This document shows, piece after piece, positions 27,342-40,319 of a stretch of DNA of 64,000 nucleotides; the first letter of the stretch is position 1; every line of letters begins with the position of its first letter. A program made the translations under genes and the position numbers. The DNA lies in assembly GCF_009834535.1 (NCBI RefSeq), contig NC_045696.1, positions 55,616,001 through 55,680,000 of the forward strand. Direction: 5' to 3'. This stretch comes from Camelus ferus. Taxonomy: Eukaryota. The notes beneath the pieces are model-generated. The model was not told the DNA's origin. It worked only from the letters and a program-made list of their open reading frames with translations, and searched no databases.

Positions 27342-30300
27342 CTACAGTGAAAACAGGACACAGGAAACGATAGGACCGAGCTCACCAAGGGCTGATAGGC
27401 TTACAGGAGTAGCACGTCACGCACTTCGAATGTTGCCTGGCATGCAGTAAGCGCTGTATGAATGTGGGCTTTTATTACTTTAAAGCCTCATTTGGTCATG
27501 AACCATAACCACAGAACCATGTGACTCAGGTTCCTGGCTGCAAAAGCAGGCACATGACATAGAAGAACATTCCCTTGAGGCTGGGGAACGAACCCTGGCT
27601 CTATGACTCATCAGTGAGTAGGAGATCCACTCTGTCCTGATGGGCCTGGGGAATAGCAGAGGCCAGGGCTGGGTAACTTCAAATGTGCTCTCACCTCTTT
27701 TCCTTCTCAAAATTCCAAAGGAGGGTGAAGTCTCTTAAAAACCAAGAACATTCCACAGAATTGAGCTCTCAGACAAGGCCCTTTCCCCTAAGGTCCCTCC
27801 AGAAGCTCTTGGGAGCTACTCTAACTCCCTGAAGGTAAAACAGAGAAAGGAAATAGGAAGTGGCCTCCCCACCTAACGCACCAGTAACAGGTATGTGCCA
27901 CAGTGCAAGGACTCTCCCAGTGTTCCACGGCAGCAGAAATCCGCAACGGGGCATCTGCTCAGCAAGTCTAGACACAGCCCGACTGAATGAAACCCGAGGA
28001 CCATCCATGGTAACCAGTCTCATGCAAGCTTTTGAAGATAAGGCTGAAGCCATGGACCCTCCCGTTTGATCTGAATTAACAGGGACAACAGACTGGTAAG
28101 AGAGGAGGCAGAGCTCTGTTTAGGAAACAGAGCCACACTTTTTAAAACTCCATGTGTACCAGTCAGGCTATAAAATCTCAAGATGCCTGCAAGTTGTGCT
28201 ATCCTCTTCCGAGCAAACCAGTCGCCTGCCCTTCCTCTGTTGTCACTGTGTACTGCTGCACGTGATCATCCCCTACATGGGCTGCTTAGACCAGGCTCTA
28301 GAGTCTGTGAAGTGGCAGGAGGACTCTGCCCCACAGTGCCAAGAGCAAATGACTGCTTCCAGCCACCTAAAACTGACCTACAAGAAAAAGCCTTTCCTGA
28401 AGGGTCTGCACACGAGACATGGAGCCAGCAGGCAGTAATGCCCTAGAAACAAACAGTAAGAAAAGGAGTTACAATGAAAGACAAGCTACCAGAGCTGCTG
28501 GGAGACAATGGGGCGGCTGTTGAGACAGTTTCCCGCGTAGCCTGTTCACAAACCCCATCATCCAAGTGAACCTGACCATGTCTTGGTTCTTGGCCCCGAA
28601 AGAGCCCCACGTAACAGGTCTGACGTAAACCAGTCTCCCTGCTCACTTTCTCACTGTTCTAACTTTTTACGAGCCTAACTTTCCAGTGCCCGCTTCCACT
28701 CACTCTAGCAGCCTCCCTTACTGCCTCCGTGACATTTTCTCAAGTTTTGTACCTCCTTGGGTCACCAACGGCACATCTTAATTTGTCACTACTTATGTCA
28801 CCCTCTTGATCCATACTCAGGACTGACTGTGTCACTGCCCATCTGTTTTTACAGATGCATTTGTTGTTTAAATATGTTGAGAGGATTTTGAACAAGGGAG
28901 ATGATACAGTCAGATCTGCATCTCAGTAACTCATTTTCCTAGCTCAACTTGTGTAATTTGTGAGCAGAACAATTTCCCTCCACCAAACACTCAGGAATAA
29001 TGTTTTTGCTTTTCTGTGACTGAGTAAAGAGAAGCAGCATTCCAACATGAGCACAGTTCAAGTCTACCATGCAGTTAGGAGAGAGGGTCTGCAGGTTTTG
29101 TTCAGCTTAGAGCAAGAAGCCTCCGCAGAGCCCCAGGCTGCCCCACAGAGAGCTAGTTAAGTGTCCGCAGAGAGCCACCTCTGTAGGACCAGGGAAGGGC
29201 TCTGGACTTCACAGAGCTACAAAGGACCACCCTGCCTTCATCCTGCCTGTGTGCTGTCTCCCAGGGGAAAAAGGCGAATGTGGGAACAATACACTGATCA
29301 GCAATCAAGAGAAACAAAACAGCAGTCAACAGAAACAAAGCCAGGCACACAGGGAGCATAAGATTACTCTGGGGCAGTCCCAGAAATCTCCCTGGGAGAG
29401 AAGTAACCTAAACTAGATTTTTGATGACTAAACAGGATCCACCAGGCAGACATGGCCTGAGGAAAGGCATTCTGGAAAGACACTCAGAGGACTATCGGGG
29501 GAATTATGACGTCTTAGATGTCTGGAGAAGCAGAGGTCTGACTGAACCTCTGTGGGTTACATGTAATATTCGCCGTGGAGCTTTCCCTCTCTAACTAAGG
29601 TGCTCCCTAAAACCAACTTACTGTTCATTTAGATTGAAAAGCAAGACATCAAAGAGGAATCAAAATGGACAACGTACTTAAGAAATAAGCACAGTTTTAC
29701 ACTAGGAAAGACAACACCGAAAACATACTGTCCTATCCCTTGACTCCATACTTTGCACCAAGGGGATGCTAAGAGATGTGACCCGATGGAGGCTTGGATG
29801 TGCTGGCACTTCTCCACCTGTGCTCGGTAGGTGCCAGGAGAACATGCCCAGGCCAGCCTGCTGGTGCCAGGAGGAGAGTGAGACACTTGGAGCAGAAACA
29901 CCAGCCTAGATCAACTGACCCCCAGTTCATCACATGTGCCTACTGACATCTGGTGCTGAGACTTCTGGGGCTGGATGGTAAAACTGGGGGTGTTCATATA
30001 ATTAACACTATACATCAGCAACAGACCCCAGCTCACCAACATAGTGTTGAGCAACAGAAGCCAGACACAAAAGAGTACATGGTGCATGTCTCCAATTATG
30101 TAAAGTTCAAAAACAGGAAAAATCTAATGAATGGTGTCAGCATGTTGAAGTCAGGGTAGTGACTCAAAGAGGAGAACTTCTGGGGCTCTGGAAACATTCC
30201 ATTTCATAATTTACATGCCGGGCACACAGGTCTATTCATTTTGTGACACCTAAGTGAGCCGTACACTTCTGACTTTTGTACTTTCCTGTACATTTGTTAT

Positions 30301-30350
30301 GTTTAGAGAGTTTGTATGCTACTTGTGAAAAAGAAAAAATTAACACTTAC

Positions 30351-30603
30351 TGAGGTATGGAGACACAGAAGGGCAGCTGTCAAGGTCTGCTTTTTTCACA
30401 GACGCTTCATCCGTCACAGTTCCTTTCTTCCCCGAAACGTTGCCCTTGTTGAAATTAGCCAGGAGATCCTTTGCTTTGGAGATCTTTTGAATAGCACCCA
30501 CAAAGTAGTAACTGGTGGCCCACCCAACCACTGTCAGGCATAAGGTGAAAAACAACAGGAATTGGGATTTGTAGGAAAGGTGGAAAGTCACGTTGAAGCT
30601 CAT
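30351..30603 (-). CDS. B4GALT4: Beta-1,4-galactosyltransferase 4, coding exon 1 (MSFNVTFHLSYK...CPSVSPYL; cytosolic tail, TM, stem)
   Basis: ATG at 30603 (GAC ATG A); type II TM segment FLLFFTLCLTVVGWA; donor A|gtaagt; 253 nt. The exon acceptor ttttag| places the exon start at 30749. Confidence 0.96.
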
Positions 30604-33089
30604 GTCTTTTATTATCTGAGCAGTGGGTGTGTCTCGGTCTTGCTGCAGGCAGGAAGCTTCAAGTTCAGCTTTTCCAGTCCGACTGCAAACCTGATGACCA
30701 GGGACAGTGCAATGCCTGCTCTTGCTCGGTAGTTCTGCTCCAACGATCTCTAAAATGCAACCACAGAGACATGCTATTTCAAATGGAAATCCTAGCCTGA
30801 AATGATTCACATCAGCACAAACTGAAAACCCATCCCCAGCCAATCCTGACTTACAGTAATAAGAGTTCTCCAACAAAGATTCAGAAATTTTGGAGGTAGA
30901 CAGTTCCAACCATCACAGGTAGACAGTCCCAACCACTCTCTCCGGGCTATTAACCCAGCTGTCAGTCAACCCAGAAGAAAAGCCATTTCCGGATGTTGCA
31001 GAGGAGGAGAAGGCAAAGAAGAGACAGGCAATGCCTCCCCAGCTCTGAACTGGCACAGCCTCAAATTCAGCCCTGATGGTTCGCTTCCTTAGTTGCCACT
31101 TCCTGGTACAGCTTTAAGAGAAGGTAACGACGTGTGAAATCTTGTTCCAGAGCATGTTTTGACCCAAAGAGAAAATAAGGGAAAAGACAAAGCTATTTTT
31201 GGAAGAGCTAGAAAAACATTTTCCTTTACAGCAGCAAATGAAAAACAAAGGATTTTTCAGTTATAAACTTTATATTCACAATGAGGCAGAGGCACAGGGC
31301 ACATCCCAGCAGGTGAGGGAGCGGGCAACAACACAAGAGAATGCCCACGCAGGAGGTGGCACAGCTGCGACAGTAACGGGTAGAACTACTGCACAGGGTT
31401 TAAGATCTGGGGTTTGGGTTTAGACAGAAACTACAGCTCCACCACACATCAGCTACGAAACCCCAGCCAGTCACTTCACTGAGCCTTGGACTCATCGTGA
31501 AGTGGGGATAAAAACAGTACCTTCCTAGAGAGGACACTGTGGGACTGGAGGACCTAATACACTAATACATAAAGTGTTAGCCACCTGCTAATGCACAGTT
31601 AGTGCCCACTAAGGGCTGACCGTCACTGCTGTGACTGTCATGTTATTTCACACTGAATGACTCTGGTCCAGGGGTGACCACCAGGCAGACACACTGGGGG
31701 CTGCCAGGACCACTGCTCTGTATTCCTGTCAGGGGATGAACTGCCATTCTGACTTCATACGTCAACAGCACGTAGTGAGAGAGCACGGATTCACCTCAGA
31801 GAGGTGGCTATGCTCTCAGCTAAAATTCAGTGAAACAAAATCCCAGTTTCTGAGGCCACACAGCTGAGGGCCCTCCCTGGACCATGGTAAATGTCCTAAG
31901 GTGACAAAGTCTACTTGGTGAGGCCCCACATCCTCTCTGCACCACCAAAACCATGTCTCTCCTCAAATTCTAAATGCATTATTAGAAGACTGTGGAAAAT
32001 GCTAACGCCAGGACACTGATAATCTCCACAGCCAAACATATTCTCAATTAAACGGACAGAATGGAGACCAAACTATTTTCTGTGCCAAAATAACACAAAA
32101 ACACATACAACTAAATCTTAAGTAACAAAGAGAAAAACAGAAAATAAACTCTGTATGTGCAAAACTATAGAAATAAGAAAACTCTAGAAATAAAATATAG
32201 CTGAAAGCTAGCAATAATTGTATTAGGAGTATGGGATTAGCCAGGGGTGTTTTTTCTCTTTTCTTTCATTTTTGGAATTCTGTATGATATACTTAGGTGC
32301 TTTTGTAATAAAAACAGAGTTGTTGATTTTTCAAATGAGATGTGGGGATGTGGTACTTTACTGTGAAAAACAAAACAACCTCAGCAACTCTCAAGATAGC
32401 CTCATACTTATGTAAGGTTGGTAGTCCAAAAGTGGAGCTTGAGGTGAGCCTGAGGGAAACCCAGAAAGCATTCCTCTCTAGACACAATGTCATAAACAGA
32501 GGCTAGGTTCCTGGGTCAAACGACAAAAGAAGAGTTTGACCCAGGAAGCAATTAAACAGTATGGCCTGTGTTCAGGGTCTTCTAAAGGTATCACAAGTAA
32601 GTGCAGCAGGTAGTAATAACTAACTGAAGATTAATCATTAATAAGAAGAGGGATTCATTTGTGCATTTACTCTGTGCCATGCACTGGGGCTAAACCACTT
32701 GTATGGACTTAGCTGCAGGTGGCTTAAATGCTAGAATTGGCTATAGTTTTTGATAAAAATCTCAATCTTGGAAAGTTTAGACTGGGAACATTGCTTTTCT
32801 AAGAGCTGTTTACAGAAGAATGAATGACCTGACAGAGAAACTCGCTGGCTTAAGGGACTTCTGATCAAGGAAGTACTGCAGTGTTAGAGCAAAAGGGACC
32901 AGAAACCACACACATTCCAGCCCCCTCATTTTAAAGAGGGAGGAAGTGTGTTTCAGACAGCTTTTAAAACCTACCCAACAAGTAGCAAGTTAGGAACAAT
33001 CACGGACTAATATTGCTGAACTGCAGCCCATGGAATTTATCCAAAGATAAGAAACTTATAATAAAAGCAAGGAACCGTTCTTAATGATT

Positions 33090-33310
33090 ATAGTCATCCC
33101 TCAGTGCCTGCGGGGAATTAGTTCCAGGACCCGCCTCAGATGCCAAAACCCTTGGATGCTCAAGCCCCAGAGTCAGCCCTCCATTTTGGCGGTTCTGCAA
33201 CCTTGGAGTCAACCAACCCCTGACCGTGTAGCACTGCAGCACTTACTGAAAAAGCTGCATCTCGGCGGACCCACTCAGTCCATACCTGTGTTGTCCAAGG
33301 GTTGAGTGTA
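33090..33310. mobile_element. Tigger-family MITE (MER8/MER2-like)
   Basis: tagtcatccctcag...ttccaggaccc start and tgttgtccaagggttgagtgta end, with TA flanks. Confidence 0.7.
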
Positions 33311-33886
33311 CTTACTAATTAGCCCTTCACGGCTAACCTTGATTCTTCAGACAGGGTGGGCTCCAGTTAAAACTAACCACTTCCCCCTTTTCCTATACTT
33401 TACTGCTTTCCTCAAAACTGACTGTGCAGGCAGCCAGCGTGAAGCAAGTTCCAGTGAGAGGTCTCCAGGGTTCCTGTGAGTAAACACCCCAGGATGAAGT
33501 AGCTAGAACCCCACCCAACTGTTTGTCAAGAGAGATCTGCCCAGCCTGTTTATTAGCTAAGTGATCAAAGGCTAACCCTCTCACCACGTTTGTCTGCCCA
33601 GCTATAAAACAATTTTAAAAATTAACTTATCTTACAATGTTTCTGTAAGAATTTAATGAGATGAGGCAAACACACCTGGTTCACTCCCAAGGACATACTA
33701 AATATTTTTTGACTCTGATTACCAATGTGATTCATGCTCCAATTTATCAGAATGCTAACCAAGATAATGCTCTCTCTAGAATTATGTAATAAAATACATA
33801 TTGAATGATTTTTATTTTCTATTTCTCTGTAATTTCCTATTTATCTTTCAATGAGTATACACTACTTTTATAATTAAAAAAAATAA

Positions 33887-34090
33887 GGGAAATATATACA
33901 AGATCTTGTGGTAGCTCACAGCGAAAAAAGTGACAAAGAATATATGTATGTTCATGTATAACTGAAAAATTGTGTTCTACACTGGAATTTGACACAACAT
34001 TGTAAAATGACTATAACTCAATAAAAAATGTTTTAAAAAAAAGATCTACTCTCTAAAAAATAAAATAAAAAATAAAATAAATAAATAAAA
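33887..34090 (+). mobile_element. Short L1 3' fragment, same subfamily as 17519-18116
   Basis: Near-identical to 17961-18110; A-rich TSD aattaaaaaaaataa. Confidence 0.85.
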
Positions 34091-35222
34091 TTAAAAAAAA
34101 TAAAGTTAATGATTTTTTTAAAGAAAGTTCTTTTTAGAGCAGGTAACTCTGGTTGATATTTGAGAAAATGGCATCAGATTGGATTTATTTATAAAGACAT
34201 TTAAATAAATGAGAGGCTCTGAACTTTCCCTGAAAAGAGTTTTCTTTTCAATCAAGGCTGTCTTGAGGTGACAGGGGAATCATGATTAAAGAGAACAAAT
34301 TCAGGTAATGTGAAAGAAGTTATTTTAGAGCACGACTCACCACCCTTTTCCTTTCCAGGTCTGCCCAAGAGTTAGCTCAAAACAATGATATTCTCGTAAT
34401 TTTGTTTTTCCTCTTTAAATTCAACCAGTCCTTTCTGAGCACCTGCTATGTACAGGCATAGTGGTAGGCAGCAAGAGGATACAAAGGGAATTAAAGTATA
34501 GTCCCTGCAGTCAAATTTTATTTCAATCCTTTCTTAGATTTTAATGTCTATAATTTGTTTCCAAATATGCCAGCCCCAATCCTGAAAATGGGAGAATAGA
34601 TGAAATAAGATTGGGAAAATACTGAAAAGTAGTGAAGCAAGGTGACAGGTACCTGAGGGTTCATTTTCTTTTCTTACCTACTCTTTGGTATGCTTGAAGT
34701 TTCCATTTAAAAAAAAAAAAAAAAAAAAAAGTCTAGCACAGAAGGTAGCCTAGCATAGGTAGATCAGCATGAATGCTAGTATCATTCTCAGAGAATCTCT
34801 ACACACACACATTTCTACATCACCATGGGAGGTTGAGAGAGGACACCAGGTGTCACTCTACTAATATTTACTAAGCACTTCAGTACCATGGAGAAAGGAC
34901 GTGGTCCTCATTCAGTAGGAAGGAGCACTTAACTCAGCAGTCCAAAGTCTCTCAATCCATCTGGTAACCCCAGGGTGTCTCAGAGTGGGCAGGATGTGGC
35001 CCCAGGCACTTGGTCCTACTCCCTTGGGCCTCCCTGGGGCAGCACCCATGGGAAGGCTGGTATTTTGCTGCCCCCCTTCACTCCGGCAGAGTTCCTGAGA
35101 GCTGACTATTTGTAAATGTGTTGTCCCCCCTCCTTGAACCTCTAGTATCCATTCTCCCAATTCTAGCTACTTTACCTGGTTTCTGAGTGATCACTACCCA
35201 GATCCTAAAGAAGCAATACTTC

Positions 35223-35667
35223 TGTGAAAATTAATAAAGGGTATCCTCACCAAAATGGAGTTGAGAGGCCAGAAGGAGAGATACAGATCACTTCAACAAG
35301 GACCCTAACAGGAAGAGACCTACCTTTCAACTCCGGCAGGAAGTGACACAACTTTACTACTACCAGCAGGAGGAGGAAGATTTTCTCCTTGCCTGGCAAC
35401 ACCTCAGCCTATGACACACTGTCACAACTCAGCCAATAAAAAGCCACTATATTTCAAACTCCCAGTTTCCTCCAATGGACATTTTGTTTCTAATAGCCTC
35501 TCTCAACCTCCCCTCCTCCTCTATAAAAGAGTTTCCTTTCCTTTGCTTTATTGGACTTGCAGGTGGTTTGCCATAGGTGCATGTTCCAAACTGCAATTCT
35601 TTGCTGCTCCAGAATAAACCCATTTTGCTTGTAAAATAACTGGCTGTTTTATTGTTTTAGGTTAACA
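35223..35667 (+). mobile_element. Solo ERV1-type LTR in a B4GALT4 intron (antisense to the gene)
   Basis: TG...CA ends, CCAAT boxes, TATAAAA at 35522, AATAAA at 35613, near TSD cttc/gttc. Confidence 0.82.
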
Positions 35668-37270
35668 GTTCCCAGGGCAAGGAGCAAGGATAGGATAGAA
35701 ATGATGACAGCCATTTACATGTACCAGTCATTTAAACTCCGACTAAGCTTGTAATGGCTGAAACTGGAAACATTTGAGCAAGAAAATGACAGCACTGTAT
35801 TTTAACCATAGAATGAAATTAATATCCATAAATCCATACTGATATAAATGACCAAATAAATGGGAAAGGGCAGCTCTTTCTCACAATAAACTTCCAGTTA
35901 ATAAGGAAGCAGGAGATGAGAAAAAGTCACCAGCAGGTAAACACCACTATAATAATTGTTGAGAAAAGATCCACCAAAGGGTGCTAAAATTAGTAGGTAA
36001 AAATTTGAGGATAAACAGAGTTTTCACAGTCTTAAAGTATCTCCCCCCAAACAATTAATAGCTACAGAGAAAGACAGAAACTTTATAGTGAAGAAACCTA
36101 GCAGATATCAACTTAACCAAGTGATCAAGGTTAATATCACCAGTGATAAGGCTTATGAACTTCATGAATTAGTGACATATTGAACTCTAAAAAATAACTA
36201 TATTGATACTTTTCTAAAAAATAACTTCATTCTACAAAACAACTAATCAAGACTCCTCAAAAGGGTCAAAATAATGAAGAACAAGAAAAAACTGAGGAAC
36301 TATCTCAGACTAGAAGAGACTAAGGAGAAATAACTAAATGCAAGGTAGGATCCTCGATAGAATATGGAAAGAAAAAATTCATTACCAGGAGAGATGATGA
36401 AATTCAAATAAAGTCTATAGTTTACTTAATAGTATTGATAACCCAACAATGGTTATGTAAAGGGCTAAAATTAGGGGAAGCTGAGTGAATTCTCTGTTCA
36501 GTATGTGCAACTTTTCTCTATTCTAAAATTAATTAAAAAGTGAAAGTTAAAATAAAAAGTTTAAGACTGTATAACCCAAGTCAATATATGGCAGTCAAAT
36601 TAACTTAATTCTCAGAGAGAATCAGTTTTTTGTATTCCTAGTACCTCAAACTGACCTGTTATATTTGGTAAATAATGAATGACTTTCTAGTTGAAATCCT
36701 TAAGGACACACAATAATCCTAGGCTACTACTAAAACAAATGTGACAAAGGAAAAAAGAAGAAAAAAGAAGACTAATAAAGAAGGGAAAAAATTAAGTGGG
36801 TGTAAAATCCCATTTGGAGAAGATTTTTTAAACTGTGAAAGGCTCACTCTCCTGCTAGTTCCTGTCGGTTCACTAACACCCACACTTGTCTCAGGGCAGA
36901 GCCCCATCTCTGATAAACAGCGCTCGCTCTGAGTCATGCCCACCACCCTCTGCTCCTCTGCCACTGAGTTTTCAAAAGCAGTGCTTCTCTTTTCTGACTC
37001 TGGGAGGAGTCGCTGCTTCGCCTGCCCCTTCCTCCCGGAAACCACGGAGCACACCAGAGCCGGGTCCCTGCCCTCGGGCAAGAGGCAAGAGCGGCCTGAT
37101 AGTCCTGCATCAACGATTTCACAAGAGTTGGCATGAAACGGTCAGGAAACATGAAATAAATTTAACTAGCAAAGGACTGAAATTGTTTTACATCCTCTAT
37201 GTTATGCAGCGTTAATAGAATTCATGAGTTTCTGAAGCAGGAGTTTCACGGAGGCTCGCTGTGTACTTAC

Positions 37271-37366
37271 GTACATTCTCAGCTATCCCGGAGTCCTGCA
37301 GTGGGGTCAGCTGGAGTTGCCTTCTGCAGTCATTAGGGGCATACCAAAGAGGAGGTTTCAGAAGGT
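37271..37366 (-). other. B4GALT4: Candidate B4GALT4 5'UTR exon (96 nt)
   Basis: Acceptor ttttttccattccctcag| and donor TAC|gtaagt in apparently non-repetitive sequence between exon 1 and the first coding exon. Confidence 0.45.
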
Positions 37367-37494
37367 CTGAGGGAATGGAAAAAACAAGGGCTCTGAAGTC
37401 ACAAAGAGCTGAGTTCAAATCTGGTTACCAGATGCATGAATGGCTTTGGGCAAGTGACCTAATTTGAGTCTATTTTGCCATTTATTTAAAAAAC

Positions 37495-37681
37495 ATTTTT
37501 CAAAATGTGGTTCCAAGAGTGCCTATAATATATACAAAGGAAAATTTGTTAAAATTGTAGATTCCTGGGCCCTACTCCAGAGCTAATGGGTCAGAACAGC
37601 TGGGGCCTGAGGCTCAGGAAAATGAATTTTTAACAAGCTCCCCAGGTGATTCTTATACACATTAAAGTTTGAGAACCACTG
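37495..37681. mobile_element. MER5A-like hAT MITE
   Basis: agattcctgggccc...ttttaacaagctccccaggtgattct...aaagtttgagaaccactg. Confidence 0.8.
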
Positions 37682-38733
37682 AAATAAGAGAATGGACCCG
37701 TAATACAATAGCTCCTTCAGAAAAGTTCATCTTCCTTCTGGTGAAGAATAGGGAGTAAGAAAATATATGAAAAGGAGATTTTTTAAATGCATTTGAATAG
37801 CTTCCGACTTCAACATTTAGAAATTTATTCTAATAAATAATCAGACAGGTAGACTATGATATTCAAACTAACATTACTAAAATAACCAAAAACTGAAAAC
37901 AATCAAAATGTTAACAACAGGAGCTGATTTAATTAGTTACAGTACCTACATACGAGGGAACACATGCTTTCCTTAATGGTGTTTAAAAACTTACCTGCAT
38001 GAGAAAGTGCTCACGATAGCTAAGTGAAAAAAAAAACAACACATAATGTAAAAAGGTACACAGAATACAACCCAAATTATGCTATATATGTGTGGTATGC
38101 ATACCTTTCACATATAAAATGCAAGAACCACTGGTGGTTGTCTCTAAACTATAAATTTTGTTCTCAATCTTTCAACTTTTCTAAAATAGGGTTTTATGAT
38201 CAGAAACAATGTTTTTTTCTGATAAAATGTTTTCCTTTAAAATATATTATAGTTTTCCTTTAAAATATATTAAAACCTAGAGATGACACAGTAGACAGAG
38301 ATTATCATTTTAGTAGCAATTCATTCACACAATTTTTTAAGGAAATCTGTTCTGAAAAGGCCTCAATGAGTTCAAATCTCAAAGAAAAACCTCGGAGGCT
38401 GTCAATAACTTTCAGTGCCAGAGAACTGTGTGGTCTCTGTTTGAAATTCTAATTCCTAGGCTCCATCTTCAGAGATTTTTATTTCCAAGGCTTGGGGGTG
38501 GGGCCAAGGAATCAATGTTTTCAACAGGAAGCTAGGTAGGTTTGTGGAAACCACTGTTCATTAATGGCTTAAAAAAAAAAAAAGAAAGAAAGAAAGGAAA
38601 GAAAACCACCACTGACTTTCTTTGAATGTTTCCACTTTAAAGATCTTCAAAGAAATGGTCAGCTCTCAAGTCTTGTATGCATCTCTGGAAAAAACACATT
38701 ATTATTAGCTCAGTTTAAAGTAAGTACTAAATA

Positions 38734-39532
38734 CTTTTCCTTTTCCCCTTTCTAGATTTTTTGGCTGATCTAATAATTAAATTGAATGGACATAAAACGG
38801 ATTAACAGGAGAAAAACAAATTTACTTTAATACCTATGGGATCTTATAAAAATATGAGGCTCAAAGAATAACCAAAGCAGGCAGCTTTTATATCTTTTAG
38901 ACAAGGATATAAAGATATATCAAGTGGCACATAAAATATACTGAGAGAGTGAGTTTTATTGCCTTCTCCAAAATTATGTAGTCAAACAGTTCAGTACCTC
39001 TCTTTAACAGATGTTTTAAATCAGATCAGAAGTCTGATCAAAGCATGAATCTTCTCAAAAAGGTACACTGAAGGGAAGCAAAATATGCCACTATATCAGT
39101 ATATCAATTATTTTGAATTAAAGTTACTTAAGAAATAGCCAGTGAAAGAAGGACATTTTCATCCTTTTGTCCCCGTGAAAGCAGGAAATAAATCTCCCAT
39201 GTGAAAGGGACCCTCTCTGTACAGGAAGACATCCTTATCACAAGAGATAGGAATTCAAGATGGAGAAGGCTGTATAATAAACCTTATTACTTCCTCATTA
39301 ATTCACTACCCCAAGCCCAAACTTCCTTGCCTTATCAATTCTTCACACACTTACTGTTTCCTTGTCTAAAAGATATAAAAGCTGCCTGCTTTGGTTATTC
39401 TTTGAGCCTCATATTTTTATAAGATCCCATAGGTATTAAAGTAAATTTGTTTTTCTCCTGTTAATCCGTTTTATGTCCATTCAATTTAATTATTAGATCA
39501 GCCAAAAAATCTAGAAAGGGGAAAAGGAAAAG
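38734..39532. repeat. Perfect 174-bp inverted repeat, arms 38734-38907 and 39359-39532, 451-bp spacer
   Basis: Manual base-by-base comparison found no mismatch between the left arm and the reverse complement of the right arm. Confidence 0.95.
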
Positions 39533-39548
39533 GTTTTTCTCCCTTACA
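39069..39548 (+). mobile_element. Solo ERV1 LTR (MER34-like) in B4GALT4 intron 1
   Basis: TGAAGGG...TTACA ends, 4-bp TSD acac (39065-39068 / 39549-39552), TATAAAA near 39374; start motif aatatgccac resembles the MER34 group. Confidence 0.82.
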
Positions 39549-40319
39549 ACACAAACAAGCACACAAACATTTTCAATTTCATGGGGTTTAGAGGCCAATC
39601 CTGCTCTAGAAGATAAAATTCCTAAAAGATAAACTGTGGTCAGATTAAGCATTATTTTAGAGATACATGCCAGGACTCTAGCCCACGTGCCCAGCCCAGG
39701 AGCCTAGGATAGCTAGCCCTTCACCCCTGTTTTTAAGTCCACTTTCTCAGCCTGGACCCTGAATCTTATTCATCCCTATCCAAGATTCCTTGACTTTCCT
39801 GCATCCTCAATGTTATTTCCTTTTCTTGAAAGACATTTAAAAATTTTTAGAAAAAAAAATTTTTAAACACCCTCAAATCCTCAAACCACTGTCTTCTTCC
39901 TCCTGCCTTTCATCGCCAAACGGCTGGCGAGGTCTCCCTGTGCCGTGGCCGCCCTCACGTCCTCTTGAACACTTTGCAACCTGGCACACGCCCACCCTGT
40001 TGATAACTTGCTCTCCTGAGACAACCAACCCAAAGGCCTTTTCTCAGTCCCAATTATCTTGGACTTTTCTGGGGTTTTCAAACTTAGAGTTAGACCTTAT
40101 CTAGTGGAAGATCAAACACCAACAGATATAGATCGACAGACACCAGATGTACGCAGAGCCTGACTAAGGGCCAGAATCTCTGAGGTACTTTAAAATCCAG
40201 CTGGCCCTCACAACTCGTCGGCCCCTGCAGGCCCCAGGCTGGGATCAGCAGATCAGTTTCCTAGTAGAAGCCCTGGGGAAAGAGGACTCCAAGGAGGAAG
40301 GGGCTTTCTCCACTCTGAT

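Noticed and set aside
30750..30909. 5' part of the 189-aa ORF as a B4GALT4 extension
   Set aside because: It lies upstream of the splice acceptor at 30750-30751 and starts at a non-ATG codon, so it is intronic.
30894..30935. 23-bp-period imperfect tandem duplication upstream of the first coding exon acceptor
   Set aside because: About 150 nt from the acceptor, beyond the usual branch-point zone; likely neutral.
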